Virus record (IMG/VR): IMGVR_UViG_3300034073_003340 | Span: 62,001 to 126,000 of that record | Strand: one strand, 5' to 3' | Length of the DNA: 64,000 nucleotides | Shown here: in pieces, positions 37,216-47,365 of the stretch | Layout of the letters: each line of letters begins with the position of its first letter | How positions within the stretch are numbered: position 1 is the stretch's first letter | Translations under genes and position numbers: made by a program | Notes under the pieces: model-generated | Databases searched by the model: none | Told to the model about the DNA's origin: nothing | The model's input: only the letters and a program-made list of their open reading frames with translations

Positions 37216-37677
37216 TTAGGATTTATTCTCCAGCGCGTCAAGACGCTCCATGATCTCGCGGAGCAATCGAACTTGCTCGTCCGACTGTTTTTTGAGAATT
37301 TCTTGTTCTTCGTGCGTAAAGGCATTGCTGTCAACGATCAAATGTGCTGACATCTTTGCCGTGATAATCGGCACGACCAGAAACACGCAAATAAACATGA
37401 ACGCACCGCCAACCAACTTGGAGATCAAGTGGGTGGGATATAGATCACCATACCCCACCGTCGTAGCAGTGACAGTGGCCCACCAAAAGCTATTGGTGAG
37501 GTCTTTGCCCTCTACGATACTAAAGGTGACCGCAGCGATAGTCATTGTTATAATGAACAACATGACCATGGGAAGGACCTTGTTGGCCATCTTCTGCATG
37601 ATGTTCATTTGAACCATAGGTTGGGCAATAGCAATATCATAGATATCACTACCAACCTTTTCAATTCCCTTACGCAT
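37216..37677 (-). CDS. Potassium channel (2-TM, KcsA-like)
   Basis: [16 protein letters not shown] selectivity filter between two TM helices. Confidence 0.92.
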   Translation of the reverse strand: MRKGIEKVGSDIYDIAIAQPMVQMNIMQKMANKVLPMVMLFIITMTIAAVTFSIVEGKDLTNSFWWATVTATTVGYGDLYPTHLISKLVGGAFMFICVFLVVPIITAKMSAHLIVDSNAFTHEEQEILKKQSDEQVRLLREIMERLDALENKS

Positions 37678-37700
37678 TGCGGTCTCCTGTATAGAAGTTG

Positions 37701-38294
37701 TCAGTCGAGTTCGCTATACTTGCTGGCCATGCGGTCCGACATGCGCTGAAGTCCACCGGCAATGGTCTGGTAGACCGAAGCAAACACTCGCTGGAGGAAG
37801 TCACCAACGAAAGTGCCGATGAACGAAAAGGGCCAAAACACCATCCAAGTGGTGATACGACCCTTGTTATAGCGGACCATTCGGTTTACATTGATGTCAA
37901 GTGCCTTGACATCATAGATGCTATTGAAAGCATCACGTACCGCAGCATCAGCTGGCATTTCCTTGAGACCCCGGCTTTCCAGAAAGCGCCAGCGAAGTGT
38001 TTCATAGCGATCGAAAAGCTTGGGCAGAAAGAATAGACGCCACTTGATGAATGCCCAAATGGCAGCAATGCCCACATATGCCAAGGCACCGTATACCACA
38101 TAGAGTGGATTATCCTGGATAAAATCCAGAACAGGTGCGTTGGTAAATGCCACAATAGCGGCAACCGTGATCAAAAGAGTGAGGGTGGCCGATCCGACCT
38201 TTTCCGAGTCGATCTGAGCCGCGAGGATCAGAGTAACAGTGCCGACGATAATCCAAAAGAGGACACCGCCGAACGTGATGAGTTCTGCAATCAT
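37701..38294 (-). CDS. Hypothetical membrane protein
   Basis: Three N-terminal TM segments; [11 protein letters not shown]; ATGA overlap with cysS. Confidence 0.7.
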   Translation of the reverse strand: MIAELITFGGVLFWIIVGTVTLILAAQIDSEKVGSATLTLLITVAAIVAFTNAPVLDFIQDNPLYVVYGALAYVGIAAIWAFIKWRLFFLPKLFDRYETLRWRFLESRGLKEMPADAAVRDAFNSIYDVKALDINVNRMVRYNKGRITTWMVFWPFSFIGTFVGDFLQRVFASVYQTIAGGLQRMSDRMASKYSELD

Positions 38295-39640
38295 GTTCGT
38301 CTCCATTCGGTGCCGTGAACGCCATCGGCCAGCGTGATCCCCATTTCACTTAACTGCTGACGGATCCTATCAGCTTCTTCATAATCTTTGGCTTTTCGTG
38401 CTTCTTGACGAGCAACCACTAGAGCATCAACCGCTTCCTTGTCAACACCTAGAGTTCTCCATTGATGTGGAGTATGGTTTAACAGTCCAAGAAGTTTGCC
38501 TGATTTGATCAACTTAGCCTTAAGTGGGGCCTTTTCCCTACTAGAATCAAGCTCGCTAGCCAAAGCGTGTAGAGCGGTAATAGCCGCAGGTGTATTGAGA
38601 TCCTGAAAAAGCTTAGAGGTGAATTCCCCGGTCAGGCTAGTATCTTCAGCCCAATTAATGTCGTCCCATCGATAAAGGATGTCATAAACCCCTGACAAGG
38701 ATTTATGAGCCTGCTCCAAAGCCTCCCATGAAAAGTCCATGGGTGAACGGTAATGGGTTCGGAGAAAATAGTATCGAACGGTCTCGGCCGGATACTTCTC
38801 GAATAGATCACTTAGAAGAATCACATTGCCGCGACTCTTGGACATCTTTTCACCGTTTACCGTCAAAAGCCCATTATGGACCCAATAACGAGAAAGTGGT
38901 TTGTCCATAGCACAATGACTTTGCGCGCATTCTGCTTCATGATGAGGGAAACGAAGATCAGCACCGCCCCCATGTATATCAATTGTCTGTTCCTGGAACT
39001 CTTTGGCAATCATCGCCGAGCATTCAATATGCCAGCCGGGTCTGCCGTCACCCCAAGGACTGCTCCACCGTGGCTCTCCAGACTTAGCAGGCTTCCAAAG
39101 GACAAAATCTCTGGGATCCTTTTTCTTTGGATCAACTACCACTCGACCACCGGATCTAAGATCATTATGATTGGCTAGACCTGGATGTGGATTACTGGGC
39201 ACGTGAAAAAAGACTTCACCCTTAGAAACATAGGCATGCTTGCTAATGATCAATCGCTTGATCAAAGTTCGCATTGCTTGAATGGATTCAGTGGCTTTGG
39301 GCTCGACCGTTGGTGGTAGACAATTCAATGCCTTGAGGTCGTTGTGATAGGAAGCAATAGCCGGATCAGTGATTTGACTGATGTCTACCGTCTGCTGCGA
39401 TGCTGCTTCAATGATTTTGTCATCAATGTCAGTTATGTTACGGGCATAGCGGACATGATCTTCGCCATAGATATATCGCAGAACTCGGAATAGCTGATCG
39501 AAAACCAGTGCGGGTCTCGCGTTACCAATATGAGCAGGACCATAGACCGTAGGTCCGCAAACATACATCATGACCTGCCTAGGGTCCCCAGGCGTAAAGG
39601 TCTCAGTCTGTCGAGATTGGCTGTTATAAATTTCCAACAT
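38291..39640 (-). CDS. cysS: Cysteinyl-tRNA synthetase
   Basis: MYVCGPTVY, HIGN, DFVLWK, GRPGWHIECSAM, DIHGGG.DL.FPHHE, KMSKS. Confidence 0.97.
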   Translation of the reverse strand: MLEIYNSQSRQTETFTPGDPRQVMMYVCGPTVYGPAHIGNARPALVFDQLFRVLRYIYGEDHVRYARNITDIDDKIIEAASQQTVDISQITDPAIASYHNDLKALNCLPPTVEPKATESIQAMRTLIKRLIISKHAYVSKGEVFFHVPSNPHPGLANHNDLRSGGRVVVDPKKKDPRDFVLWKPAKSGEPRWSSPWGDGRPGWHIECSAMIAKEFQEQTIDIHGGGADLRFPHHEAECAQSHCAMDKPLSRYWVHNGLLTVNGEKMSKSRGNVILLSDLFEKYPAETVRYYFLRTHYRSPMDFSWEALEQAHKSLSGVYDILYRWDDINWAEDTSLTGEFTSKLFQDLNTPAAITALHALASELDSSREKAPLKAKLIKSGKLLGLLNHTPHQWRTLGVDKEAVDALVVARQEARKAKDYEEADRIRQQLSEMGITLADGVHGTEWRRT

Positions 39641-39646
39641 ATAACC

Positions 39647-39674
39647 AATCTACGACAAATTGGCCAGATGTCAA
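39647..39674 (-). promoter_or_regulatory. Sigma70-type promoter giving a probable leaderless cysS mRNA
   Basis: TTGACA-N16-TAGATT-N6-ATG, no SD. Confidence 0.6.
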
Positions 39675-40064
39675 TTAGAAGTTGCCTAAGAATGCTAGCT
39701 TAAACAAAGCAGCATGAGCTCTATTGCCAAACTTGGCAGTCAGTTGGGTAGTTCTTTTGTTGGTTAAAAAGTAGTTCAAGCCCAAGTCGACTTTGAATTC
39801 AAAGTATGCTTGATCCTGAGTTATACAATTGCGAGCCCATTCCATTACATTGGTTCCTTGGATTTCAAACGGAGCCCGCTCAAGAATTCCAGTGGAGTCA
39901 TCTGGATGCCACTCACTGGTGATATCAAAAGGAATAACAAATTTAACCTTATAAGGCATTACCAGATGCCAAGGATCTGATCTAAAGCTGTATTTGAATT
40001 TCTTGATGTTATCTAAGGGGTGATCACCGCCTCCATAGCGCGTTGATCTCTTATGCCAACTCAT
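39675..40064 (-). CDS. Hypothetical protein, FKL-motif family
   Basis: Ends KFGNRAHAALFKLAF. Confidence 0.65.
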   Translation of the reverse strand: MSWHKRSTRYGGGDHPLDNIKKFKYSFRSDPWHLVMPYKVKFVIPFDITSEWHPDDSTGILERAPFEIQGTNVMEWARNCITQDQAYFEFKVDLGLNYFLTNKRTTQLTAKFGNRAHAALFKLAFLGNF

Positions 40065-40894
40065 AGGTCCTCGCCAGCCCATTCCCTGGCAGCAGCTTTA
40101 CTGACACCATCGACAACTTTTTCCAAGTCGCAGGCATACAGTCCGGCGCAGCTGAATCCGTTGAGTTCAACAATCTTTGGACCATCTTCAGTTAGAGCAA
40201 CATCACAGGTATAAGCGATATCCACCTGCCATTCATGTTGCGCAACTTTTTGTGCCAACTCCCAACACTCCTGCGGCCAATCACGTCGCACGTCCAGTTT
40301 GCCATCCCAGCGATATTCTGATCCGGCAATAACCTGTTTGTCAGCGATAACAAAGCGGAATTCACCTTGGATATCCACACCGGGATTGATCAAAATCAGT
40401 GTGTCTTCCATTACCCCACTGATCTGTTCCAAGGTAGAGATATCGTCATCCAGCAATCCAAATTTGATTCGCTGGCCAGCAAATGTCTTGAACCCACTAT
40501 TAGGTCGGACAAAGAGCAGATTAGTATCGTGCTCATAAAATAGTTCACGAGCTCTCTGTTTGAACATGGACCATGTCATGAATTTGGCTTCTCGATTGAG
40601 AAACCAATTCAATGGCAAATAGCTCATATACTGAGTCGCAGAAGTCCGCAGATTTACCCCAAGCTGTCCAGGCTGGAATCTACCGTCTGGGTTTACTTTT
40701 TTGGTAAACTCGTGCGAACCGTAGAGAACTACTGGTCCATCAATGTTATCGATGTGGGAATAAGTCCCGTCGTCTTCTCGTTCAATCTCGATCACATTAT
40801 GACCAAGAGAACGAATAACATCAGGTAGAGGGCGCTGACCATAGATCATGCGCTCAATAATGAAATCGTCGAGGATCCAAGTGACTGGGGTCAT
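40061..40894 (-). CDS. ATP-grasp domain protein (DUF4343/R2K-like)
   Basis: FVRPNSGFKTFAG, EFRFVI, YTCDVA..KIVELNGFSCAGLY. Confidence 0.8.
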   Translation of the reverse strand: MTPVTWILDDFIIERMIYGQRPLPDVIRSLGHNVIEIEREDDGTYSHIDNIDGPVVLYGSHEFTKKVNPDGRFQPGQLGVNLRTSATQYMSYLPLNWFLNREAKFMTWSMFKQRARELFYEHDTNLLFVRPNSGFKTFAGQRIKFGLLDDDISTLEQISGVMEDTLILINPGVDIQGEFRFVIADKQVIAGSEYRWDGKLDVRRDWPQECWELAQKVAQHEWQVDIAYTCDVALTEDGPKIVELNGFSCAGLYACDLEKVVDGVSKAAAREWAGEDL

Positions 40895-40934
40895 CCCACT
40901 ATATTAGGGTAGGATGGCCCCAAAGTCAACCAGC

Positions 40935-41282
40935 TTATGCTGCCTGTTGAATATCTTCCTGATAATTCTGCTCAAACGGCAGTTCAGTCAGTATTTCAAC
41001 GTCGTCGCTAAGCCTCTCAATTTTTAGATTGGCTTCGGCCATCAAGGTTAGCATCATATGACGAAGCTGCTCCGACATCTGAATAACCTTGACATCAGGA
41101 TCAAGGTTGGCATCACGACGTATTTGATGAATACGGTCCTTGGCCGCTTTGCGAGCCTGTTGTAGAAGCATTCTGCCAACAGTCTGGCTCACCACATCAA
41201 GAGATACCTCTTCAGTTTGTTCCAGGGCTTCAGGAGCAATTTGAGTTAGGTCTAGGTTGAACTCTACTTTGAACTTTGACAC
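40935..41282 (-). CDS. Hypothetical protein
   Basis: GTG start with GGAGA SD; long structured leader. Confidence 0.65.
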   Translation of the reverse strand: MSKFKVEFNLDLTQIAPEALEQTEEVSLDVVSQTVGRMLLQQARKAAKDRIHQIRRDANLDPDVKVIQMSEQLRHMMLTLMAEANLKIERLSDDVEILTELPFEQNYQEDIQQAA

Positions 41283-41499
41283 AGTCGATCTCCCAAACGG
41301 GTCTCTTATGCGGAAAAGGAAGAATGCTCAGACCAAAAGGGACAAGTCCCAAGGGGCAAAAGCCCTATTCCGATCTGTGTGCCTAAGCATGTCCTGTCCA
41401 CTAGCAGAAAATTTGTAAGAAGCCAAGAGCAAAAAGCATTTTACTTTTTAGTCCAGTTTTTCTGAAAAATCCTGTCACTGTTTTGACAAAAACCCGGTA

Positions 41500-41826
41500 T
41501 TATGATTTATTTGAATACAATCCAAAACTTATGAAAAGCGGTAAGTCCGTCTCGTTATAAAGACTATACGGACCTAATTTGAAATAGAGCGCTTCTCTTA
41601 CGTCTTTGAAAATAATACGTATATAGGTATGAGGGATATGATCAGGTGTTGGAGAAATTTCCTCTATCTGGCTCAAGTCCCAAGGACTTTTACAATTCTT
41701 ATATAACCAGATCTCCACAAAGCTATAAAGAAGATCAATATTGATCTTCTTCAAATGCGTCACCTCAAGGGTAACGGTGAAACCATCAACCAAAGACTGT
41801 GAATGAGACTCTCTTATCAAGTTCAT
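41500..41826 (-). CDS. Hypothetical protein, FKL-motif family
   Basis: IIFKDVREALYFKL. Confidence 0.6.
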   Translation of the reverse strand: MNLIRESHSQSLVDGFTVTLEVTHLKKINIDLLYSFVEIWLYKNCKSPWDLSQIEEISPTPDHIPHTYIRIIFKDVREALYFKLGPYSLYNETDLPLFISFGLYSNKS

Positions 41827-41875
41827 CCCGTATTTATGAGTTGCGCTAACTTCTTAGCGCAACTCACTCAGGGCT

Positions 41876-43078
41876 TCACTCACACAGATTAGTATCCCTG
41901 AAATCACTCCAGGAAGTTCCACCCCACAGGTGACGCATTGAATTCACCTTGGTCTGGCTACCAAGCTGCGAACCCACATACTTGATCAACAGTGAATAGA
42001 CCCCTTCTTCGCCATCTGCCAATCGGTCCCAAGTCGAAAACTTAAAGCCCTGGAGCCCGTTCTTTTCGCTGGTAACCTTTTCAGCAAACTTCTTCTTGCT
42101 ACCGTTGAAGTTGTCGAAATCCGCCTGGACTTCCCAGTAGAGTTCGCTTGCTAGCTTCTTCAGTCCTACGAAAATGCTCTTGGCAAAATCGTCAGCAGCC
42201 TGAACTAGGTCCTCGGGCAGAAAAGGCTTGGCGTCATCCAGCTTTTCGTCCACGATCAGACGAATAACATCCTTTTCATGGTTGAGATGTTCCAGCGTCT
42301 TATGGAGCAGCGAATACCATTCTCCCTTCAGCTTGAGCATGGTGCCGTCTGCCCAACGGAAAACATCACCTTCCTCGCCCTCAACTCCTCGGATCTCGGC
42401 AATGGTTTCGTCGTCAATGCCAGTGATCTCGCCGGAAAAAGAACAACAAGGAATGCCATAGGAGGCGGCTTCCTCCTTGAGCAAAGGAGCATCCATATAC
42501 TCACCGGTTTCGTTGTCGCGAATAGCAGTCAAAACCAGCTGAGTCACGGGATAATCGATAACAATGCGCTGAATGCGAGAGCACCATTCAAAGATCGGAG
42601 TCTTGCCCTGGCTCATCCAATACTTACAGAACTCGTGATACTCAACACGATCCTTGGCCCACACGTCCACCGGCGCAGCCACGCCAGTAAGACCCATCTT
42701 GGTGCAGAAGCGCACTTCGCCCTTGATCAGCAGAGGAGTGATCATCGAACCATCAAGCTTCTTGAATCGACGATACGGCTTTGACCAATCGACTGATCCC
42801 GGCATAGTCTCAGGACGTTCTCCGAGGTTGAAGAACTTGTGATACTTGCGAGAAATCACCTTGCCAGTCGCAGTATCAAAGGTGATGCCGCGACATTCGC
42901 GCAACAGTGCCGTCCGTCGATCAGTTACTGGCGGGAAGGTATCTTCGAAATTGACGAGATAGTTGATCACGGTGTATCCGTGCTCTTCGTCCACCTTGAC
43001 CACAAATTCTTCGCGGCCCTCAATGGCTTCAAGAATTTCCGACAAATGCGTAATCTTGGGAAATTGATAGGAAGTCAT
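41876..43078 (-). CDS. RNA ligase, T4 Rnl1-like
   Basis: RECRGITF, KFFNLGE, KLDGSMI (motif I), FEW, EG.V, KLKGEWY. Confidence 0.92.
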   Translation of the reverse strand: MTSYQFPKITHLSEILEAIEGREEFVVKVDEEHGYTVINYLVNFEDTFPPVTDRRTALLRECRGITFDTATGKVISRKYHKFFNLGERPETMPGSVDWSKPYRRFKKLDGSMITPLLIKGEVRFCTKMGLTGVAAPVDVWAKDRVEYHEFCKYWMSQGKTPIFEWCSRIQRIVIDYPVTQLVLTAIRDNETGEYMDAPLLKEEAASYGIPCCSFSGEITGIDDETIAEIRGVEGEEGDVFRWADGTMLKLKGEWYSLLHKTLEHLNHEKDVIRLIVDEKLDDAKPFLPEDLVQAADDFAKSIFVGLKKLASELYWEVQADFDNFNGSKKKFAEKVTSEKNGLQGFKFSTWDRLADGEEGVYSLLIKYVGSQLGSQTKVNSMRHLWGGTSWSDFRDTNLCE

Positions 43079-43203
43079 TGATTTCACCTTTGCGTTTGGT
43101 TTTAAACTATTGCTGACAAGAAATTTCCTGCTCAGCGTCAATGTTGGATAATGACACTGAACAGGAAATTGTCAACCAGACTTTGGTGTCTAGACACCAA
43201 AAA

Positions 43204-43824
43204 TTATGGGCGGTGTTCAATCACCTTGTCACCCAAGCCCATAGCAACTGCCTCTTCTGCTGAAAGAAACGTGTCAAATTTCATGGTCTGGAAGAGCTCT
43301 TCATATGTCTTACCAGCGGTGTTGTGGCGAACATACAGTTGAGTCAGACGCTCGTTGATTCGAAGAGATTCTTCGAATGACCGCTTGGCATCTTCAAACT
43401 GCAGATCCTGAACATGAACCGACCCACTGGTTCCACGGGTGCCGCTTGACACACGGTGGATCATAGTGCGGGATTCAGGCAGAAGATAACGCTTACCGGC
43501 AGCGCCGGCCTGGGCCAAGAACGAACCCATGGAACATGCCTGTCCCATGACCAGCGTATTCACGTCTGGCTTGATAAACCGCATGGTGTCATAGATAGCT
43601 AGACCAGCAGTAACGGCACCACCGGGTGAATTGATGTAGAGCCAAATATCCTTGGCGGGATCTTCACTTTCGAGAAAAAGCAGCTGGGCACAGACAATCT
43701 GCGCCATCTGATCTTCAACTTCGCCATTGAGAAAAACGATGCGTTCTTTGAGAAGGCGCGAATAGATATCGTAGGCGCGCTCTCCGCGACCGGTTGTTTC
43801 AATAACAGTTGGAACCAATGGCAT
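43204..43824 (-). CDS. clpP: ATP-dependent Clp protease proteolytic subunit
   Basis: [32 protein letters not shown]. Confidence 0.96.
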   Translation of the reverse strand: MPLVPTVIETTGRGERAYDIYSRLLKERIVFLNGEVEDQMAQIVCAQLLFLESEDPAKDIWLYINSPGGAVTAGLAIYDTMRFIKPDVNTLVMGQACSMGSFLAQAGAAGKRYLLPESRTMIHRVSSGTRGTSGSVHVQDLQFEDAKRSFEESLRINERLTQLYVRHNTAGKTYEELFQTMKFDTFLSAEEAVAMGLGDKVIEHRP

Positions 43825-43888
43825 TATAAAAACTCCTTGCGTTAGAACACCGTGTTAAAACCATAAACCATTGATAGCAATATTCAAA

Positions 43889-44200
43889 TTACTTTGTTTC
43901 CCACGCCTGATGACCACCGCGAAGCTTAAACATGAGTGCGTCATTTTTATCTTCGAATCTCACAACCATGATATGGCCGTCAGCTTTTCCCTTGGGATTT
44001 TTATAGGTGTAATAGGCCCATTTACCAGGCGTATTTTCCATTAGCCAATTCTCAACTTCTTTGGCGGCTTCAAAAGTATCCGGAAGTTGGAACTGAGTCC
44101 GAGTCCAAGACTTCTTCATAGGACCAGATAACGACCTGCGAAATAGCTTGTCGGTCTGAACTTCAAAATCAGTAAAAGTGAGGTTTGTTGGCTTTTCCAT
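43889..44200 (-). CDS. Hypothetical protein, FKL-motif family
   Basis: VRFEDKNDALMFKLRGG. Confidence 0.7.
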   Translation of the reverse strand: MEKPTNLTFTDFEVQTDKLFRRSLSGPMKKSWTRTQFQLPDTFEAAKEVENWLMENTPGKWAYYTYKNPKGKADGHIMVVRFEDKNDALMFKLRGGHQAWETK

Positions 44201-44247
44201 ACCACCTATTATGTAGGAAAACTAACCCGGTCGTCTATATTCTAGTC

Positions 44248-44273
44248 AAAAAAGAGCCCCATAGCATGGGGCT
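44248..44273 (-). terminator. Intrinsic terminator
   Basis: AGCCCC-ATGCTAT-GGGGCT followed by a T-tract on the minus strand. Confidence 0.7.
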
Positions 44274-44296
44274 AGTTGACAGCAAGGCTAGTAGGG

Positions 44297-44452
44297 CTAG
44301 GGACGTATTCCAGCCCCTGCGAGCAGCTTTTGAGGGTCTAGTGTGGGGTCTTGCGTAACAAGCATTGTTACGACATGATGAATCATGTCGCCATTTGCTT
44401 GGTCATAATTTTTGAGTATACGAAGAACTTTGATGAGGGTAGGTTTGTGCAT
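44297..44452 (-). CDS. Small hypothetical protein (51 aa), TAG stop
   Basis: Manual translation MHKPTLIKVLRILKNYDQANGDMIHHVVTMLVTQDPTLDPQKLLAGAGIRP; GGAG SD; below the track cutoff. Confidence 0.55.
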   Translation of the reverse strand: MHKPTLIKVLRILKNYDQANGDMIHHVVTMLVTQDPTLDPQKLLAGAGIRP

Positions 44453-44517
44453 TAGCACTCCGATCTATGTGGGAGAGTCCTGGACTCTCCCACACAAAGC
44501 AACTCTCTACAGAATTC

Positions 44518-45807
44518 TTACGCCGCGCGGCGCTCGTTTTCCTTCACATAATACGCGGTCATGCCCCAGGGAGCCACGATGCTCGTGTTGCCATGGACAA
44601 TGAACAGCGTATCGCAATAGTCCTCTTCGCCCCACGTGCCGCACGGATAACCATCTGTGAACATCACGAACTTCTTGGGTTCAATGCTGTCACCGATGCC
44701 ATCGATGTCACCGAAGCCATAGCCGGCCGGATCGCGCATGAACTCCCAGTTACACTCGAACATGGTGCCACCGCCGCCCTTGGGCTCGTAGTCCATAATC
44801 TCGTCAATGTTGTTCTGTGTGAACACCTTGGGATTATAGACCTGGGTGTCGAACGTCCAAAGCGTCAGCTTGAAGTCATCGAACGTTTCCATAATGCCCT
44901 TGGTTTCCGAGAGGAAATCGCGCAGCATCTGATCGGTCATCGACCCCGAGGTATCAATACAGACCGCAACGTCGACCGTGTCCTTGAAGTTGCTGCCGGG
45001 AAGGATAACGGACGCGCCGCCACCAATACCCCACGACCGCTTGCTGGGACGGTTGAACGTATAGTCATCCTTGATAGAAGACTGAATGTGCATCTCGAGA
45101 AGAGTCCGCCAGTCCATAATGGGGTTGGTGAATTCTTCAATGAGGCGACGCACCCCTGCGGGGACCTTGCCAGCACCAACGGCCTGGGCAGCATTGATAA
45201 CAGCGGCCTTGATCTCATTACGGATCTTTTGCTTGTCCTCTTCGGTCAACTGGGGAGGACCGTCGGGACCGCCCTGGACCGTGACCGTAATGGTCTTGCC
45301 ACTGCCGTTGCCGTCGCCATCGCCGTCACCGTCGCTGCCGTCCATTTCCAAATGCTCGTCCAGAGTCATCTGAATCTTGGTCTGGTTCTGTTCCAGCAGT
45401 CGGTAAACTTCCTCAGAAGTCATTTCGTCTGTATACTTGTCATCATACAGACCGCCCTTGGGCATGTTACCCAGCTTTTCCTTGACCAGGGAATAGTTGA
45501 CGATGTAGTCATTCGCCATATTCCACAGCTTGTGTTCGCGCGAACCCTTGCGGCCAAGGTGATCATAAACACAGTGGAGGACCTCATGACCAATGAGGAA
45601 CAGCAGTTCATCAGGGGTCAGAGACTTGATAAATTCGCGATTGTAATACAGCTTGCGACCATCGGTTGCTGCCGTCTTACACCACTTGGTAGCGTCAACG
45701 AGCTCCATGCGGGTTGCGAGATTGCCGAAAAACGGCTGGTTGAAGAGGAGCCCTACTCGGGCCTGAACGATCGACTGAACGACCGGATCGGACATATTTG
45801 CTGCCAT
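44518..45807 (-). CDS. Metallopeptidase-like + vWA domain protein (DUF2201-type)
   Basis: TAATDG, HEVLH, DTSGSM MIDAS, GGGGT, FTDG. Confidence 0.9.
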   Translation of the reverse strand: MAANMSDPVVQSIVQARVGLLFNQPFFGNLATRMELVDATKWCKTAATDGRKLYYNREFIKSLTPDELLFLIGHEVLHCVYDHLGRKGSREHKLWNMANDYIVNYSLVKEKLGNMPKGGLYDDKYTDEMTSEEVYRLLEQNQTKIQMTLDEHLEMDGSDGDGDGDGNGSGKTITVTVQGGPDGPPQLTEEDKQKIRNEIKAAVINAAQAVGAGKVPAGVRRLIEEFTNPIMDWRTLLEMHIQSSIKDDYTFNRPSKRSWGIGGGASVILPGSNFKDTVDVAVCIDTSGSMTDQMLRDFLSETKGIMETFDDFKLTLWTFDTQVYNPKVFTQNNIDEIMDYEPKGGGGTMFECNWEFMRDPAGYGFGDIDGIGDSIEPKKFVMFTDGYPCGTWGEEDYCDTLFIVHGNTSIVAPWGMTAYYVKENERRAA

Positions 45808-45964
45808 GAGATCCTTCCTTTTGTTGTATCCGCTAGTATAGCGGAAAACATCGTCGTGTCAACTTTTTAGGTGACAAGGTCAGTTGTGATTTTGTGATAA
45901 AATGAAAGGGTGACCTGTTGCCAAGCCACCCTTTCCCCGTTAGGCCACGGGAAGCCGTTACGGA

Positions 45965-47182
45965 TCAAGCCGCCAGGATCAGGTCCTGATACTTGTCCGA
46001 GAACTCATCCCAGTTCTTCATGCCCGACGGATCGAACTGGATCCGGAAGATCGCCAGCGCGGTCCGCGAACCCATGATGACCATTTCCGACTGGAAGTTC
46101 TTCATCATGAAGCCCAGGAAGTTGTCCACGTTGGCCGAGAACTTCTTCTTGTCCTCGGGCTTGGCGCCCTTGGCCGTCGAAGAATCATACCGGTCCTTGA
46201 GTTCGTAGCACAGAGCCGTGGTCAGAGCATACATCAGCGAGATGTCAGCGCCCTTCTTCAGTTCAGTGATCTTGCCCTCGAGAATGTCGCCGGCTGCGGG
46301 CAGGTTTGCCGCATTCTTGCGGTATTCCAGGAACTTGACCGCGATACCGTCACCGACCGAGCCGGCGATCAGGCTCATCTGAACCGTTTCAGGAATGTTG
46401 GGATCACCGCGCAGAATGTCGGAGACCATTTCCCAGGAACGCGGGGTGGGGAAGCCGCGCGACGCGCTGGTAGCTTCGAACTGGAACAGTTCGTGCTTGA
46501 AAGCGGTCAGGTAGCCGACCACCGCCTGGTGGAAACCGGTCTGCAGAGCAAAGGTCTGGAAATCCTCGAAGTCCACGCGCATTTCAATGTGCGTGAAGCG
46601 ATTCTGGAGCGGAGTGGGCATCTTGAACGTCGCGCCCTTGTCAGTCTCGCGGTTACCGGCCGCCATCACGATCACGTTATCGGGGACCACGTATTCGCCG
46701 AGGGCGCCATCGAGAACCAGCTGGTAGGAGCCGGCCTGGACCGAAGGAGCAGCGTTGGGCAGTTCGTCCAGCAGGATGATAGCACCATCGTACTTGTGAC
46801 CCATATCATCGGTGATCTGAGCCTTGCGCATGGGCGTTCCATCATCGGCAACGCCGCGCTTCGGCAGCATCTGCGGAATCGCCCATTCAACATAGGCGCG
46901 GCCGGTCATATCGTCCTTGAACGGAACCGGGATACCACGAAGGTCGGTGGGTTCCATCTGAGTCAGTCGGATATCGATGAGCTTGAAGTTCAGTTCGTCA
47001 GCGACCTGCTCGACGACCGAAGACTTGGCAATGCCAGGCGCGCCCCAGATAAACAGACCACGACGCTTCTTGCCGCGTTCTGCGTTCTCGAGGTTGACCT
47101 TGACCATATGCTTGATAGCAATCGCAGCCTCCGACGGCTTGACCGTCAGTGTGTCGATGCGCGTTGAACCCTTCTTGGACAT
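45965..47182 (-). CDS. MoxR-like AAA+ ATPase
   Basis: GAPGIAKS Walker A, ILLDE Walker B, AAGNR, NRF, TPRSW; ATG 47182 with AGGAG SD. Confidence 0.9.
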   Translation of the reverse strand: MSKKGSTRIDTLTVKPSEAAIAIKHMVKVNLENAERGKKRRGLFIWGAPGIAKSSVVEQVADELNFKLIDIRLTQMEPTDLRGIPVPFKDDMTGRAYVEWAIPQMLPKRGVADDGTPMRKAQITDDMGHKYDGAIILLDELPNAAPSVQAGSYQLVLDGALGEYVVPDNVIVMAAGNRETDKGATFKMPTPLQNRFTHIEMRVDFEDFQTFALQTGFHQAVVGYLTAFKHELFQFEATSASRGFPTPRSWEMVSDILRGDPNIPETVQMSLIAGSVGDGIAVKFLEYRKNAANLPAAGDILEGKITELKKGADISLMYALTTALCYELKDRYDSSTAKGAKPEDKKKFSANVDNFLGFMMKNFQSEMVIMGSRTALAIFRIQFDPSGMKNWDEFSDKYQDLILAA

Positions 47183-47365
47183 TGTAACTCCTTTTGTTTG
47201 GCCTAACGGTTTGCTGTAAACCTTCACCATTACTAGCGTCAACGAAAGAGGTGTCAACCAACTTTTTTCCACTAGGTGAAGATTTTTGCCCCCGCCGTGT
47301 TTCAGCTGTTAACTGACAGGTAAGAGTTACGCAATAAAGATTTTGCGTCAGAGGTGAATTTTTCT

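Noticed and set aside
37122-37334. 70-aa ORF in the track
   Set aside because: Overlaps the tRNA and the K+ channel gene in another frame.
44467-45870. 467-aa plus-strand ORF
   Set aside because: Antisense shadow of the GC-rich vWA gene; no motifs or SD.
46493-47167. 224-aa plus-strand ORF
   Set aside because: Antisense to the MoxR ATPase gene.
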